Assembly (NCBI GenBank): GCA_963738625.1
Contig: CAVTXH010000003.1
Coordinates: 196,110-260,109, forward strand
DNA length: 64,000 bases
Direction of reading: 5' to 3'
Origin: an uncultured Alphaproteobacteria bacterium
GTDB taxonomy: Bacteria; Pseudomonadota; Alphaproteobacteria; Caulobacterales; Hyphomonadaceae
Part shown: piece by piece, positions 47,515 through 57,608 of the stretch
How the letters are laid out: the number at the start of each line of letters is the position of its first letter
Numbering within the stretch: position 1 is the stretch's first letter
The notes under the pieces: model-generated
The model's input: the letters and a program-made list of their open reading frames with translations, nothing else
Databases searched by the model: none
Told to the model about the DNA's origin: nothing
Translations under genes and position numbers: made by a program

Positions 47515-48444
47515 CTATTTCTTCTCGTCCTTGTCGCGGCCGAAGTTGGGGGCTGCCGTGTCCTGCCCTGCCTCGATGATCTCGCGACGGATGCCCCGCG
47601 CGTGGGTGAAGACGTCGAACAGCTTCTGACCGTCGCCATTGCGGATGGCCTTGCGCAGGGCGGTGAGATCGTCGTCAAAGCGGCCGAGCACTTCCAGCAC
47701 CGCCTCGCGGTTGTTGAGGAAGACGTCCCGCCACATCGTGGGATCGGATGCTGCAATACGCGTGAAGTCGCGGAAGCCGGCGGCCGAGAACTTCACCACC
47801 TCGCCGTCCGTGACGTTCTCCATGTCGTGCGCGGTGGCGACGATGTTGTAGGCGATGAGGTGCGGCAGGTGGCTGGTGACGGCGAGCACCAGGTCGTGGC
47901 GCTGGGCGTCCATGCGCTCGACCTTGGAGCCGAGGCGTTCCCAGAACAGGGCGAGTTGGTCGGATGCGGCTTTGTAATCGGCGTCGCCGCCGGCTTCGGG
48001 CGTGAGGATGCACCAGCGGCCCTCGAACAGGCTGGCGAAACCGGCGTCAGGGCCGGACTTCTCGGTGCCGGCGATGGGGTGGCCGGGGATGACGTGAACG
48101 CCGGGCTGGCCGACGGCGCGCAGCTCCTTTGCAACGCTGCCTTTCACTGAGCCCACGTCGGTGAGAGTGGCGCCGGGCTTCATCGCGGCGATGCTGGCGG
48201 CGCCGGCCTCGCTCATGGCGCCCACGGGCACGCAGAGGAAGACAGCGTCCGCATCGGCGACGGCTTCGGCGATGGTGGAGCGGATCTCTCCGAGGCCGAT
48301 CTCGCCTGCCCGGCCGAGCGCGGCGGGGTTGGCGTCGAACAGCGAGATGGCGCCGGCGGCGCCCTTGTCCCTGGCCGCGCGCGCGATGGATCCGCCGATC
48401 AGGCCGACGCCGACAATGGCGATGCGATCGAAGACGACGCTCAT
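47515..48444 (-). CDS. tyrC: Prephenate/arogenate (cyclohexadienyl) dehydrogenase
   Basis: The Rossmann motif is IAIVGVGLIGGS. GHPIAGTEKSG is also present. It overlaps hisC by 4 nt. Confidence 0.9.
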   Translation of the reverse strand: MSVVFDRIAIVGVGLIGGSIARAARDKGAAGAISLFDANPAALGRAGEIGLGEIRSTIAEAVADADAVFLCVPVGAMSEAGAASIAAMKPGATLTDVGSVKGSVAKELRAVGQPGVHVIPGHPIAGTEKSGPDAGFASLFEGRWCILTPEAGGDADYKAASDQLALFWERLGSKVERMDAQRHDLVLAVTSHLPHLIAYNIVATAHDMENVTDGEVVKFSAAGFRDFTRIAASDPTMWRDVFLNNREAVLEVLGRFDDDLTALRKAIRNGDGQKLFDVFTHARGIRREIIEAGQDTAAPNFGRDKDEKK

Positions 48445-49538
48445 CTGCCGGCCAGGAAGGCTTTGAGGCGCGAAAGGACCGCGTCGTTGCCCTCGACCGT
48501 CCCGACCGAGATGCGCAGGTATTGCGGCATGCGATAGCCGGCGAGCGAGCGGACGGTGACGCCGTGCTCCTTCAGGTAGGCCAGCGCTTCGGCGGCGGTC
48601 TTGCCTTTGGCTTCGGGGAACTTCACGACACAGAAATTGCCGACGCTTTCCAGAACCTCGAGACCGAGCGCGCGCAGGCCGGCGATGAGACGCGGCAGCT
48701 CCTTGTCGTTATGGGCGAGGGACTTCTCAGTGAAGGCGTCGTCTTCCAGGGCCGCGATGGCGACAGCCTGCGCGATCAGGTTGACGTTGAACGGCATGCG
48801 CACACGTTCGAGCGCATCGATCACGTGAGCGGGCGCATAGGCCCAGCCGACGCGGAGACCGGCGAGCCCATAGAGCTTCGAGAAGGTGCGCGTCAGGATG
48901 ACGTTGTCGAACTGCGAGGCGAGTTCGATGCCGGAAGCGTAGTCGTTCTTGCGCACGAATTCCGCATAGGCGCCGTCGAGCACCAGCAGCACCGACGACG
49001 GCAGGCCTGCATGCAGGCGCTTCACCTCGTCATACGGCAGGTAGGTGCCGGTCGGGTTGTTCGGGTTGGCGAGCCAGACGATCTTGGTCCTCGGCGTCAC
49101 GGCCTTGAGGATCGCATCCACGTCGGCAGTAAAGTTCTTTTCGTCTACCTCGATCGCCGTCGCGCCTTGCTGCTGGGCGATGATGGCGTAGATAGCGAAG
49201 GCGTGCTTGGTGCTGATGGTTTCATCGCCCGGGCCCAAATAGGCACGGCCGAGCATCAGGAAGATCTCGTCCGATCCGGCGCCGACGATGATGCGCGCGG
49301 CGTCGAGGCCATTCTTTTTCGCGATGGCGGCCTTTAGGGCGCCCGCCCCGCCGTCAGGATAGATTTCCAGCTTGCCGGCCATTTCCGCGAAGACGGCCTT
49401 CGCTTTCGGAGACGCGCCGAGCGGGTTCTCGTTGGAGGCGAGCTTGTAGCTCGGGCCCTTGCCTGGCCTGGGCGCTTCGCCTGGCACATAGGCGTTCACC
49501 TTCGCCAATTGCGGCAGCGGTTTCGGCTTGTCAGTCAT
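48441..49538 (-). CDS. hisC: Histidinol-phosphate aminotransferase
   Basis: LASNENPLG, NPNNPTG and TFSKLYGLAGLRVGW (PLP lysine) are present. The start is taken at Met16 of the listed ORF. Confidence 0.9.
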   Translation of the reverse strand: MTDKPKPLPQLAKVNAYVPGEAPRPGKGPSYKLASNENPLGASPKAKAVFAEMAGKLEIYPDGGAGALKAAIAKKNGLDAARIIVGAGSDEIFLMLGRAYLGPGDETISTKHAFAIYAIIAQQQGATAIEVDEKNFTADVDAILKAVTPRTKIVWLANPNNPTGTYLPYDEVKRLHAGLPSSVLLVLDGAYAEFVRKNDYASGIELASQFDNVILTRTFSKLYGLAGLRVGWAYAPAHVIDALERVRMPFNVNLIAQAVAIAALEDDAFTEKSLAHNDKELPRLIAGLRALGLEVLESVGNFCVVKFPEAKGKTAAEALAYLKEHGVTVRSLAGYRMPQYLRISVGTVEGNDAVLSRLKAFLAGR

Positions 49539-49557
49539 GTATGTACGCGCTTTCGGC

Positions 49558-50343
49558 CTAGGGCCGTGGCCGTACCCCGACAACGCGCAGTCCGTCCAGC
49601 CCCGCCTTCCGGGCGAGGTCGATGCGGCGATCGTCGACCGCCACGAAATCCTTGATCCGGATCAGGGCGAGCGAGCGGGCGCGGGCGACAACCTCGGCCT
49701 TGAGGCCGACATCGGCCAGGCGGCGTTCGGCGATGTGGTGGTCGTCATGGGCGGTAGCGAGCGTGTCGTCCTCGCCCGAGGCTTCCATCGCTACGCGGCC
49801 GAGAACGGCAATGCGCGGCGCGTCGGACGGCGAGCTGGGATAGCTGGGCCAGCCGGCCACGATGGACAGGGGGCGGAAGTGGGCTTCGTTGAGGATCGGC
49901 CACCATTGGCCGGCGCCGGCGTGTTCCGGCCATGGCACGCAAGCCAGAGCACCCGGCATGGTGCAGGCGCGCTCCAGCGCATCGCGTATCTCGACCAGGG
50001 GGGTCATGGCGGGGCCGAAGCCGAAATAGCCGCGGGCCGCCTGGAGCGAATGGGAAATGTCCCCGCCTGCGACATAGACGGCCTTGAGGCCCCGGCTGAC
50101 CAGCATGTCGCCGCAGAGGGACCGCCACAGCCTGGCCATGGCGTCTGCCGGGATCCCGACGGCGGTGGCCGCCCGGGTCAGCCGGCGCATCTCGGACGCC
50201 TCGCGGGCGGGCCGGAAGCCGATTCCAGCCGGGGATACCGCCGGGGCCGCTTGGAGTTCCCGCCATCGATCCGCCAGGGCGGACAGGAGAGGGTCGTTCA
50301 CCGTCTCGACGACGGTATGGAAACTGTCTGCCGCCATAAGCAC
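49558..50343 (-). CDS. Chorismate mutase family protein (alphaproteobacterial long form), tentative
   Basis: The call rests mainly on the conserved position upstream of hisC-tyrC and divergent from metX, as recalled from Rhizobiales synteny. The ORF has high GC3, and direct motif evidence is weak. Confidence 0.5.
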   Translation of the reverse strand: MLMAADSFHTVVETVNDPLLSALADRWRELQAAPAVSPAGIGFRPAREASEMRRLTRAATAVGIPADAMARLWRSLCGDMLVSRGLKAVYVAGGDISHSLQAARGYFGFGPAMTPLVEIRDALERACTMPGALACVPWPEHAGAGQWWPILNEAHFRPLSIVAGWPSYPSSPSDAPRIAVLGRVAMEASGEDDTLATAHDDHHIAERRLADVGLKAEVVARARSLALIRIKDFVAVDDRRIDLARKAGLDGLRVVGVRPRP

Positions 50344-50507
50344 GCTACTTAAATCTACGCTCCCCAGCGGAGCCCACCTTAGTATGCTTCGGCCCAGCCT
50401 GCAAAAAACATGTCATGGCGCCCCCCAATATCTTTGGCCTGGGAGCGTTACGGCGGGTTCCCATCTATTGCTTCATTCCGTAGGCGTCCTGATCTAGGTT
50501 CCGCGCC

Positions 50508-51674
50508 ATGAATTCGCCCGCCCGCACCCTGAGCGGCGCGGATGGGCTGAAACGCCTGTCCGTCGCCTCGCCCGCAAAGCCCTTCCGGCTGGACAGCGGA
50601 CGCACGCTCGACCAAGTCGAAATCGCCTATGAAACCTGGGGGGAACTGAGCCCGGCCAGGGACAACGTCGTGGTCGTCTGCCACGCCCTGACGGGCGACC
50701 AGTTCGCGGCCAGCCCCAACCCCGTGACCAAGCGGCCGGCCTGGTGGCCGCTGATCGTCGGGCCGGGCCTGCCCGTCGACACCAACCGCTTCTTCGTCAT
50801 CTGCTCCAACGTGCTGGGCGGCTGCATGGGCTCCACTGGCCCGGCCAGTCAGAAGCCGGACGGGACCTATTGGGGCACCGATTTCCCGCTGATCACCATC
50901 GCCGACATGGTGCGAGCCCAAATCGCCCTGCTCGACGAACTCGGCATCCAGGACGTGTTCCTCGCCATCGGCGGCTCGATCGGCGGCATGCAGGTGCTGG
51001 AATGGACGATCCAGGCGCGTGATCGCGTGTTCGCCGCCGTCCCGATCGCTGTGGCGGCGCGGCAGTCGGCGCAGAACATCGGCTTCTACGAGACCGGCCG
51101 GCAAGCGATCATGGCCGACCCCAACTGGCGCAATGGCGCATACCTTGCCGCCGGCGTTCGGCCGGACCGCGGCCTCGCCGTCGCCCGGATGGCGGCGCAT
51201 ATTACCTACGTCTCGGAAGCATCGCTGAAACGCAAGTTCGACCGGCGTCTCCAGGACCGGCAGGCCAAGACATTCGGCTTCGACGCCGACTTCCAGATCG
51301 AGAGCTATCTGCGCCACCAGGGCCAGGTGTTCGTCGACAGGTTCGACGCCAACTCTTACCTCTACATCACACGGGCGATGGACTACTTCGATCTCGCGGG
51401 CGAGCATGGCGGGGTGCTGGCCAATGCGTTCAAGGGACTGAAGACCCGCTTCTGCGTCTTCTCGTTCTCCACCGACTGGCATTATCCGCCCGACGCGAAC
51501 CGCGACATCGTCCGCGCGCTCAACGCGGCGGGATGTGAGACGTCCTACGTCAACATCGACACCGACAAGGGCCACGACGCCTTCTTTGTCGAGGAGCCAG
51601 AGTTCGAGGCGGGCCTCAAGGGCTTTATCGACGCCGCGGCGCAGGCGCGCGGCATTGGCGGGGGCCGCCGATGA
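50508..51674 (+). CDS. metX: Homoserine O-acetyltransferase
   Basis: VVVCHALTGD and the nucleophile elbow GGSIGGMQ indicate an alpha/beta hydrolase MetX pattern. metW follows. Confidence 0.95.
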   Translation: MNSPARTLSGADGLKRLSVASPAKPFRLDSGRTLDQVEIAYETWGELSPARDNVVVVCHALTGDQFAASPNPVTKRPAWWPLIVGPGLPVDTNRFFVICSNVLGGCMGSTGPASQKPDGTYWGTDFPLITIADMVRAQIALLDELGIQDVFLAIGGSIGGMQVLEWTIQARDRVFAAVPIAVAARQSAQNIGFYETGRQAIMADPNWRNGAYLAAGVRPDRGLAVARMAAHITYVSEASLKRKFDRRLQDRQAKTFGFDADFQIESYLRHQGQVFVDRFDANSYLYITRAMDYFDLAGEHGGVLANAFKGLKTRFCVFSFSTDWHYPPDANRDIVRALNAAGCETSYVNIDTDKGHDAFFVEEPEFEAGLKGFIDAAAQARGIGGGRR

Positions 51675-52306
51675 AGTCGGGTCCGGGATCGCACGGCATG
51701 CGGCGCGCCGACCACGTCGCCATCGCCCAGTTCATCAAGCCCGGCGAACTTGTGCTCGACGTCGGCTGCGGCGACGGGCAGCTGATGGAGTTGCTGCAGG
51801 CCGAGCGCGGCGCGCGGACGCGCGGGCTGGAGGTCGAACAGGCGGGCGTGAACCGCTGCGTCGCTAAGGGCCTCGCCGTCGTGCAGGGCGATGCCGATAA
51901 CGACCTGCCTGTCTATCCCGATGGCGCGTTCGACGCTGCCATCCTGTCGAAGACTGTGCAGGAGCTGGCGCGGCCGAAATTCGTGCTCGGCGAACTTTCG
52001 CGCATCGCCCGCAAGGTTATCGTGTCGTTCCGAAATTACGGCCACTGGAAGGTGCGCACGGCGCTGCTGACGTCTGGACGCATCCCCTCGCTCAGCAGCG
52101 GCGACACGGGCTGGTGGTCGGACGGGGCACGCCGCCCCTGCACCGCCCGCGACATGGCCGAACTGGCGCAGGAACTGGGCCTCCGCATCACTGCCGCAAC
52201 GGCAGTCAGCGGCTCTCCCGTCGGCGCTAACGCGCTTACTCGGCTGAACTGGACCGCCGAGGAACTGGTTTTCGTTCTGGAGCGCGGGAAGACCGAGGCG
52301 GAATAG
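51671..52306 (+). CDS. metW: Methionine biosynthesis protein MetW
   Basis: VLDVGCGDGQLM is a SAM-MT-like motif. The length is typical for MetW, and a 4-nt overlap links it to metX. Confidence 0.9.
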   Translation: MKSGPGSHGMRRADHVAIAQFIKPGELVLDVGCGDGQLMELLQAERGARTRGLEVEQAGVNRCVAKGLAVVQGDADNDLPVYPDGAFDAAILSKTVQELARPKFVLGELSRIARKVIVSFRNYGHWKVRTALLTSGRIPSLSSGDTGWWSDGARRPCTARDMAELAQELGLRITAATAVSGSPVGANALTRLNWTAEELVFVLERGKTEAE

Positions 52307-52375
52307 CGCTCTTGCTGCGCACGGTAGCCTTGCCTACGACCGAAGCAGAAAAGCTGAGGCAGAGCGAGGACCGCC

Positions 52376-53245
52376 ATGACCGACTTCACCACATTCACCG
52401 TCGAGAACCGCGACGGGATCGCGATCGTCACCTTTTCGCGGCCGGAGAAGATGAACACATTCACCAGTGTCATGATGATCGAGCTGATCTCGCTGTTCGA
52501 CCAGACCGACAAGGACGACTCGGTCCGCGCCGTCATCGTCACCGGCTCCGGCCGCGCCTTCTGCGCCGGGGCGGACCTTGGGTCGGGAGGCGGCACGTTC
52601 GACCCTTCCAAGCGCGACATGTCGCGCGAGTTGATCGTGAACGGCGTGCGGCGGGATGGCGGCGGGCGCGTCAGCTTGCGCATCTTCAACAGCCTCAAGC
52701 CGGTGATCGCGGCAGTGAACGGCGCGGCCGTAGGCGTCGGCGCCACCATGCAGCTGCCGATGGATTTCCGAATCGCCTCTACCGAAGCGCGCTACGGCTT
52801 CGTGTTCGCCCGCCGGGGCATCGCGCCGGAAGCCGCCTCGAGCTGGTTCCTGCCGCGCCTGGTCGGCGTGCCGACCGCGCTGGAGTGGATCTATTCCGGC
52901 CGCGTGTTCGGCGCGGACGAGGCGAAGGCCGCCGGCCTCGTCCAGTCGGTGCACAAGCCCGACGACCTCCTGCCTGCGGCGATCGACTTCGCCCACAGCA
53001 TCACCGACAAGTCTGCGCCCGTCTCGGTCGCCATCAGCCGCCAGATGGTGTGGCGCATGCTCGGCGCCCCGCACCCTATGGACGCCCACCGCGCCGACAG
53101 CCGCGCCATCAACTCGCGCGGCGCCTCCGCCGACGTGCGCGAAGGCATCTCGTCCTTCATGGAAAAGCGCGATGCGAAGTTCGTGAACAGCGTCGCCACT
53201 GAACTGCCCGAGCTGTTCACCGATCCGGACCCTGAATTCCGGTAG
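52376..53245 (+). CDS. Enoyl-CoA hydratase/isomerase (crotonase) family protein
   Basis: IAIVTFSRPEKMNTF...VIVTGSGRAFCAGADL...KPVIAAVNGAAVGVG is the crotonase fold signature. Confidence 0.9.
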   Translation: MTDFTTFTVENRDGIAIVTFSRPEKMNTFTSVMMIELISLFDQTDKDDSVRAVIVTGSGRAFCAGADLGSGGGTFDPSKRDMSRELIVNGVRRDGGGRVSLRIFNSLKPVIAAVNGAAVGVGATMQLPMDFRIASTEARYGFVFARRGIAPEAASSWFLPRLVGVPTALEWIYSGRVFGADEAKAAGLVQSVHKPDDLLPAAIDFAHSITDKSAPVSVAISRQMVWRMLGAPHPMDAHRADSRAINSRGASADVREGISSFMEKRDAKFVNSVATELPELFTDPDPEFR

Positions 53246-53257
53246 CCGGAACGCAAA

Positions 53258-53286
53258 GGCGGGACGACGCCGGGCGTCGTCCCGCC
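53258..53286 (-). terminator. GC-rich hairpin after the P-II gene, read on the minus strand and followed by TTTGCGTT
   Basis: ggcgggacgacgcc / ggcgtcgtcccgcc form a palindrome between the convergent gene ends. Confidence 0.5.
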
Positions 53287-53309
53287 TCATGACGGAAAGG
53301 CTGGCCGTC

Positions 53310-53654
53310 TTACGACGAGAGAGCGGCTTCGTTCTTCTCGCCGGTGCGGATGCGCATCACGCCTTCGAGGTCCATCACGAAGATCTTGCCGTCGCCGATC
53401 TTGTTGGTGTTGGCGGCCTGGGTAATGGCGTCGATGATCTTCTCGACAACAGTGTCAGACACGGCCACTTCGATGCGGACCTTCGGCAGCAGGCGCACCT
53501 CGTATTCGGCGCCGCGGTAGACTTCCGTCTTGCCCTGTTGGCGGCCATAGCCGCGGACTTCCGTGACGGTGACGCCCGATGCGCCGGCGGCGGTCACAGC
53601 ATCCAGGACGGCGTCGAGGCGGCTGGGTTTGAAAACGGCGGTTATGTATTTCAT
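53310..53654 (-). CDS. P-II family nitrogen regulatory protein (GlnB/GlnK)
   Basis: MKYITAVFKPSRLDAVLDAV...VTEVRGYGRQQGKTEVYRGAEY carries the T-loop Tyr51. GDGKIFV is also present. Confidence 0.95.
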   Translation of the reverse strand: MKYITAVFKPSRLDAVLDAVTAAGASGVTVTEVRGYGRQQGKTEVYRGAEYEVRLLPKVRIEVAVSDTVVEKIIDAITQAANTNKIGDGKIFVMDLEGVMRIRTGEKNEAALSS

Positions 53655-53748
53655 GGGAGTTTCCTTTCCGCGATGGCCGCCGGCCCATCTGGTCGGGCTG
53701 TCTGCGGCTTGTTCTACATATATTGCTCTACTTACACATGTTCAACAT

Positions 53749-54492
53749 CTAAACAGGCGGCTTGTCAACCTGTTCTCGTGAAGCGCGTCTTACCGGGACT
53801 TTCACGACCTTCCGGACCCGGGCCGGTTTGCCGGGCTCGATGTAGAGTCGCTTTATCGCCTCGATCATCAAAACGCCGCCAAATCCGGACCATCCGAAGC
53901 GTCCGATACGCTCCCACGCGTCCCCGGCCGAGGTGATGAGGCCCCAGCCTATGGGCGGCGCGTACAGCGCCCTCGCCGATGCAGTCGGCAAGAACATCGC
54001 CTCCTCCAGCAGCCGGTTCAGCTGCGAGCGGGTATACGGACGCCCATGGCCGTAGGGAGTCGACTCGGCGCGCGCCCATAATCCGCGCCGGTGGGCCACA
54101 ATGATCAGGATTCGAGCTTCGGGCGCCGCAACACGCCAGAATTCGCGCAGCAGCCGCTGGGGGCTTTCGGCTTCCTCGAGCCCGTGAAGCACGATGATGC
54201 GGTCGAACAGGGCGTCCGGGAAAGGCAGCCGCTCCTCGTCGACCAGCGCGGCGAGGCCCTTTTCGTCTGCTGGCCAGCGGATGGCGCCCTGGGCGTCCGG
54301 CGAGGCGGAGACCACCCGGCGCGCGCCAGGGCGATAGCGCTCCAGCAGGCTGTCTGCGTGGCCAAAGCCGAGCACGTCCAGCCCGCCGGCTTCGGGCCAC
54401 AGGGCGCCGACACGCCTTGCCACCATCTCCCGCGCCATGCCGCCGAGCGATGCGCCGTAGAATGCCTGCAGCCTGTCGATGTCGAAGCGCAT
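53749..54492 (-). CDS. Class I SAM-dependent methyltransferase
   Basis: LDVLGFGHA...FDRIIVLHGLEE fits a methyltransferase pattern. The gene is divergent from gloB, as in many alphaproteobacteria. The start is taken at Met11. Confidence 0.7.
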   Translation of the reverse strand: MRFDIDRLQAFYGASLGGMAREMVARRVGALWPEAGGLDVLGFGHADSLLERYRPGARRVVSASPDAQGAIRWPADEKGLAALVDEERLPFPDALFDRIIVLHGLEEAESPQRLLREFWRVAAPEARILIIVAHRRGLWARAESTPYGHGRPYTRSQLNRLLEEAMFLPTASARALYAPPIGWGLITSAGDAWERIGRFGWSGFGGVLMIEAIKRLYIEPGKPARVRKVVKVPVRRASREQVDKPPV

Positions 54493-54605
54493 CAGCCTGT
54501 CCTGGACTTTCCGGCTTGCCACGCCATAGCCGAAAGGCGAAGCCGGGACCTATATAGGCTGAAGGCTCGCAAAGCCTGAAGGCTGGCGCGAAAGGCAATA
54601 CCCAA

Positions 54606-55373
54606 TTGGCCGCTCCCATCGTCCATATGTTTCCGTGCCTGAAGGACAATTACGGCTTCCTGCTGCACGAGCCCGACAGCGGCGAGACCGCCTGCATCGA
54701 CACCCCGGAGGCGGACCGCATCCTGGCCGAGGCCGAGGGCAAGGGCTGGAAGATCACCCAGATCTGGAACACGCACTGGCATCCCGACCATGCCGGCGGC
54801 AACGCCGCCATCAAGGCCGCGACCGGCTGCCGGATCGTCGGACCCAAGGGCGAAGCGGCGAAGATACCGACGCTGGAGCGGCAACTGGTCGAGGGCGATA
54901 CGGTGAAGCTCGGCTCTGTGACGGCGCGGGTGCTGGATACGCCTGGGCATACGGCCGGGCATATCGCCTATCACCTGCCTGACCATGGCATCGCCTTCGT
55001 CGGCGATACGCTGTTCGCGCTCGGCTGCGGTCGGCTGTTCGAAGGCACGGCGCAGCAGATGTGGACCAGCCTCGGAAAGCTTCGGATTCTGCCCGATGAC
55101 ACGAAAGTCTACTGCGCACATGAGTACACGCAGGCGAATGCGGCCTTCGCGCTGAGCGTCGATCCGGAAAACCGCGACCTGCAGATCTATGCAGACGAAG
55201 TGGCGCAGAAACGCTCTACCGGCCGGCCCACAGTGCCGACGACGATCGGCAAAGAAAAGCGCGCCAACCCCTTCCTGCGAGCAGATGATCCCAAGCTGCA
55301 GGCCTTCGTCGGTCATGCAGGCGATGCAGTGGCGACCTTCGCCGAAGTGCGCGAACGGAAGAACCGGTACTGA
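54606..55373 (+). CDS. gloB: Hydroxyacylglutathione hydrolase (glyoxalase II)
   Basis: LKDNYGFLLHE and the metallo-beta-lactamase motif THWHPDHAGGN are present, as is TPGHTAGHI. The start is TTG. Confidence 0.9.
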   Translation: MAAPIVHMFPCLKDNYGFLLHEPDSGETACIDTPEADRILAEAEGKGWKITQIWNTHWHPDHAGGNAAIKAATGCRIVGPKGEAAKIPTLERQLVEGDTVKLGSVTARVLDTPGHTAGHIAYHLPDHGIAFVGDTLFALGCGRLFEGTAQQMWTSLGKLRILPDDTKVYCAHEYTQANAAFALSVDPENRDLQIYADEVAQKRSTGRPTVPTTIGKEKRANPFLRADDPKLQAFVGHAGDAVATFAEVRERKNRY

Positions 55374-55834
55374 TGGACCGGCCGAGCGTATCCCCGGCGC
55401 TGACGCTCGAGGCGGTGATCCTCACCCTCGGCCTGAAGCCGCATCCGGAGGGCGGCTTCTATCGCGAAATGCATCGGGTGGATGCGCCCGACGGACAGCG
55501 GTCGCCAGGTACTGCGATCTACTACGCGTTGGGACGCGGCGACCGTTCGCATTGGCATCGGGTCGATGCGGTCGAGATCTGGCACTTCTACGCGGGGGCG
55601 CCGCTGGAGCTTTCAATCGCGGCGGATGGGGAAAGCGATCCCCAGACCCATATCCTTGGGGCCGCACTCGGCGCCGGCCAGCGGCCTCAGATGATCGTGC
55701 CCAAGGGCCATTGGCAGTCGGCCGTTAGCGCCGGCGACTGGACGCTGGTGGGCTGTACGGTGTCGCCCGGCTTCGAGTTTTCGGGGTTCGAGGTGGCCCC
55801 GCCCGGGTGGAAGCCCGGCGGCGACGCGTTCTAA
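55373..55834 (+). CDS. Cupin domain protein (DUF985)
   Basis: LGLKPHPEGGFYRE...IYYAL...HWHRVDAVEIWHFYAG is the typical DUF985 pattern. Confidence 0.85.
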   Translation: MDRPSVSPALTLEAVILTLGLKPHPEGGFYREMHRVDAPDGQRSPGTAIYYALGRGDRSHWHRVDAVEIWHFYAGAPLELSIAADGESDPQTHILGAALGAGQRPQMIVPKGHWQSAVSAGDWTLVGCTVSPGFEFSGFEVAPPGWKPGGDAF

Positions 55835-55856
55835 CCAGCTGGCTAACCAGCCGGCG

Positions 55857-56642
55857 CTAGTTGGTCGAGCGCGCGGCGGTCATCGCCTGGGCGACGGCTT
55901 CGGACGTCGGCAGGCCGAGATAGCCTTCGGCCGGGTTGATCCCCAGCACCAGTTCACCGTCCCTGAACGTAACGTTGGCGGAGCGCGCGCTGACGAGACG
56001 CACGGCGTTAAGCTTGGCGGCGACGCGGCCGGCCAGCCCATTGGAGCGCTCGACGCCGCGGACCATGGCGCTGAGCGCTTCCGCCGCCCACTGCTCGTTG
56101 CTCGCGAATTCGGCGGCCCCGAAGATCGTCACGTCGTGGCCGGCCAGCTTGCTGAGCCGGGAGGCGGCGTTGACGCGCATCTCGTTGAGAGAGGCGGTCA
56201 TAGGCGGGGCATTCAGGGGAGCGACGAGGCCGGCCATGGCGGCGGGCGCGCCGTTCTTGTTGTCGACATAGGAGACGAGGTTGCCCTGCTCGGTCAGGCG
56301 GAACATCACCTGCCCGGCGTCATTGCGCAGGAAGGTGTCGCCACGCTGCGCCGGTATGGCTTCGAGAACCATGACTTCGGGGCTGTCCTCGTATTTCACG
56401 ATGGCTTCCCTGCCGCGCTGTTCGAGCACGAAACTGCGCTGGCTGGCGGCGTCCTCGTAGCGAGTTGCGGACTGGCTGGGCTGGGCCACGGCGCGGCCGC
56501 TGCCAGTCTGAGCAAATGGGGCGGAGGGGGCCGGCGGAGGTTGCTGGGCGAAGGCCGGAGCCGAGAATCCCAAGATAGCGGCTGCCAAAGCCGCGCGGGC
56601 TACGCAGAGCCCCACCGGGACGTGAAATTCTTTCATCTTCAT
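55857..56642 (-). CDS. Secreted hypothetical protein
   Basis: The signal peptide is MKMKEFHVPVGLCVARAALAAAILGFSAPAFAQ. The ORF has good GC3. I trimmed it to avoid overlapping phaB. Confidence 0.65.
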   Translation of the reverse strand: MKMKEFHVPVGLCVARAALAAAILGFSAPAFAQQPPPAPSAPFAQTGSGRAVAQPSQSATRYEDAASQRSFVLEQRGREAIVKYEDSPEVMVLEAIPAQRGDTFLRNDAGQVMFRLTEQGNLVSYVDNKNGAPAAMAGLVAPLNAPPMTASLNEMRVNAASRLSKLAGHDVTIFGAAEFASNEQWAAEALSAMVRGVERSNGLAGRVAAKLNAVRLVSARSANVTFRDGELVLGINPAEGYLGLPTSEAVAQAMTAARSTN

Positions 56643-56811
56643 CCCAGCCAGAAGGCGCTTGGACTGGGGCATTTCTTTGTTCGAAAGGGCCGCCCCACTG
56701 GCAACGATGCGGCCATTCAGCGGCAGGCGCAAGTGAGTCAGACGCCGCAAATACAGGGCTGTAGCGCTCGTTGTGAGAGCGTGGCGCCGGCGCCTCTGTG
56801 GGCGGATCTTT

Positions 56812-57537
56812 CTAGCCTGTGATGTATTGACCACCATTGGCTGTGAGCGTCGCTCCCGTGATGAAACCGGCATCCGGCCCGGCGAGGAAGGAGACGCAGG
56901 CTGCGATCTCTCCGGCCTTGCCCAGGCGGCCCACGGGGATTGTAGCGATAATGCTTTCCAGAACCTTTTCGGGGACTGCAGCGACCATGTCTGTGTCGAT
57001 ATAGCCCGGGCAGATCACGTTAACGGTGATGCCTTTCTTGGCGTTTTCCTGCGCCAGCGCCTTGGTGAAGCCGATCAGACCGGCCTTGGCGGCAGAGTAG
57101 TTGACCTGCCCGATCTGGCCTTTCTGGCCGTTGATGGACGAGATGTTGATGATCCGGCCGAAGCCGCGCTCGCGCATGCCCTCGATGGTCAGGCGGCACA
57201 GGTTGAAGGCCGAAGTGAGATCGACCCGGATGACGTCGTCCCATTGCTGGCGGGTCATGCGATGGAGGACGGCGTCCTTGGTGATGCCTGCGTTGTTGAC
57301 CAACACTTCGACCGGGCCAAGGTCTTTGGTTACCGCAGCGATCCCCGCCGCACACGCATCATAGTCGCCGACATCCCATTTGTAGGCCTTGATTCCCAGT
57401 TCCGCAGCGCACTTGGCGGCCGCCTCGTCATTGCCCGCGAAGTTGGCGGCGACGTTGAACCCGTCCCTGGCGAGCCGTTCGGTGATGGCCTTGCCGATGC
57501 CGCGAGTTCCCCCGGTAACCAGTGCGACCTTCGTCAT
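56812..57537 (-). CDS. phaB: Acetoacetyl-CoA reductase (SDR)
   Basis: MTKVALVTGGTRGIG..., NNAGIT and YSAAKAG (YxxxK) are present, with high overall PhaB-like similarity. The gene is divergent from phaR. Confidence 0.9.
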   Translation of the reverse strand: MTKVALVTGGTRGIGKAITERLARDGFNVAANFAGNDEAAAKCAAELGIKAYKWDVGDYDACAAGIAAVTKDLGPVEVLVNNAGITKDAVLHRMTRQQWDDVIRVDLTSAFNLCRLTIEGMRERGFGRIINISSINGQKGQIGQVNYSAAKAGLIGFTKALAQENAKKGITVNVICPGYIDTDMVAAVPEKVLESIIATIPVGRLGKAGEIAACVSFLAGPDAGFITGATLTANGGQYITG

Positions 57538-57608
57538 GCCTATCTCCGCCAGCTCACCGCCCCGTAAGCAGCCTCACCATTCACCAACGCCGCGCCGATC
57601 GCAATTCA

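Noticed and set aside
50344-50507. Possible SAM-II (metA-type) riboswitch in the metX leader
   Set aside because: SAM-II elements are common upstream of metX/metA in alphaproteobacteria, so I looked for one. I could not identify the conserved pseudoknot core (AUUU..GGCUU ... AAAGCU-like) by eye. A cmsearch with Rfam RF00521 would settle it.
50448-51575. 375-aa minus-strand ORF
   Set aside because: It is antisense to metX and is a shadow ORF.
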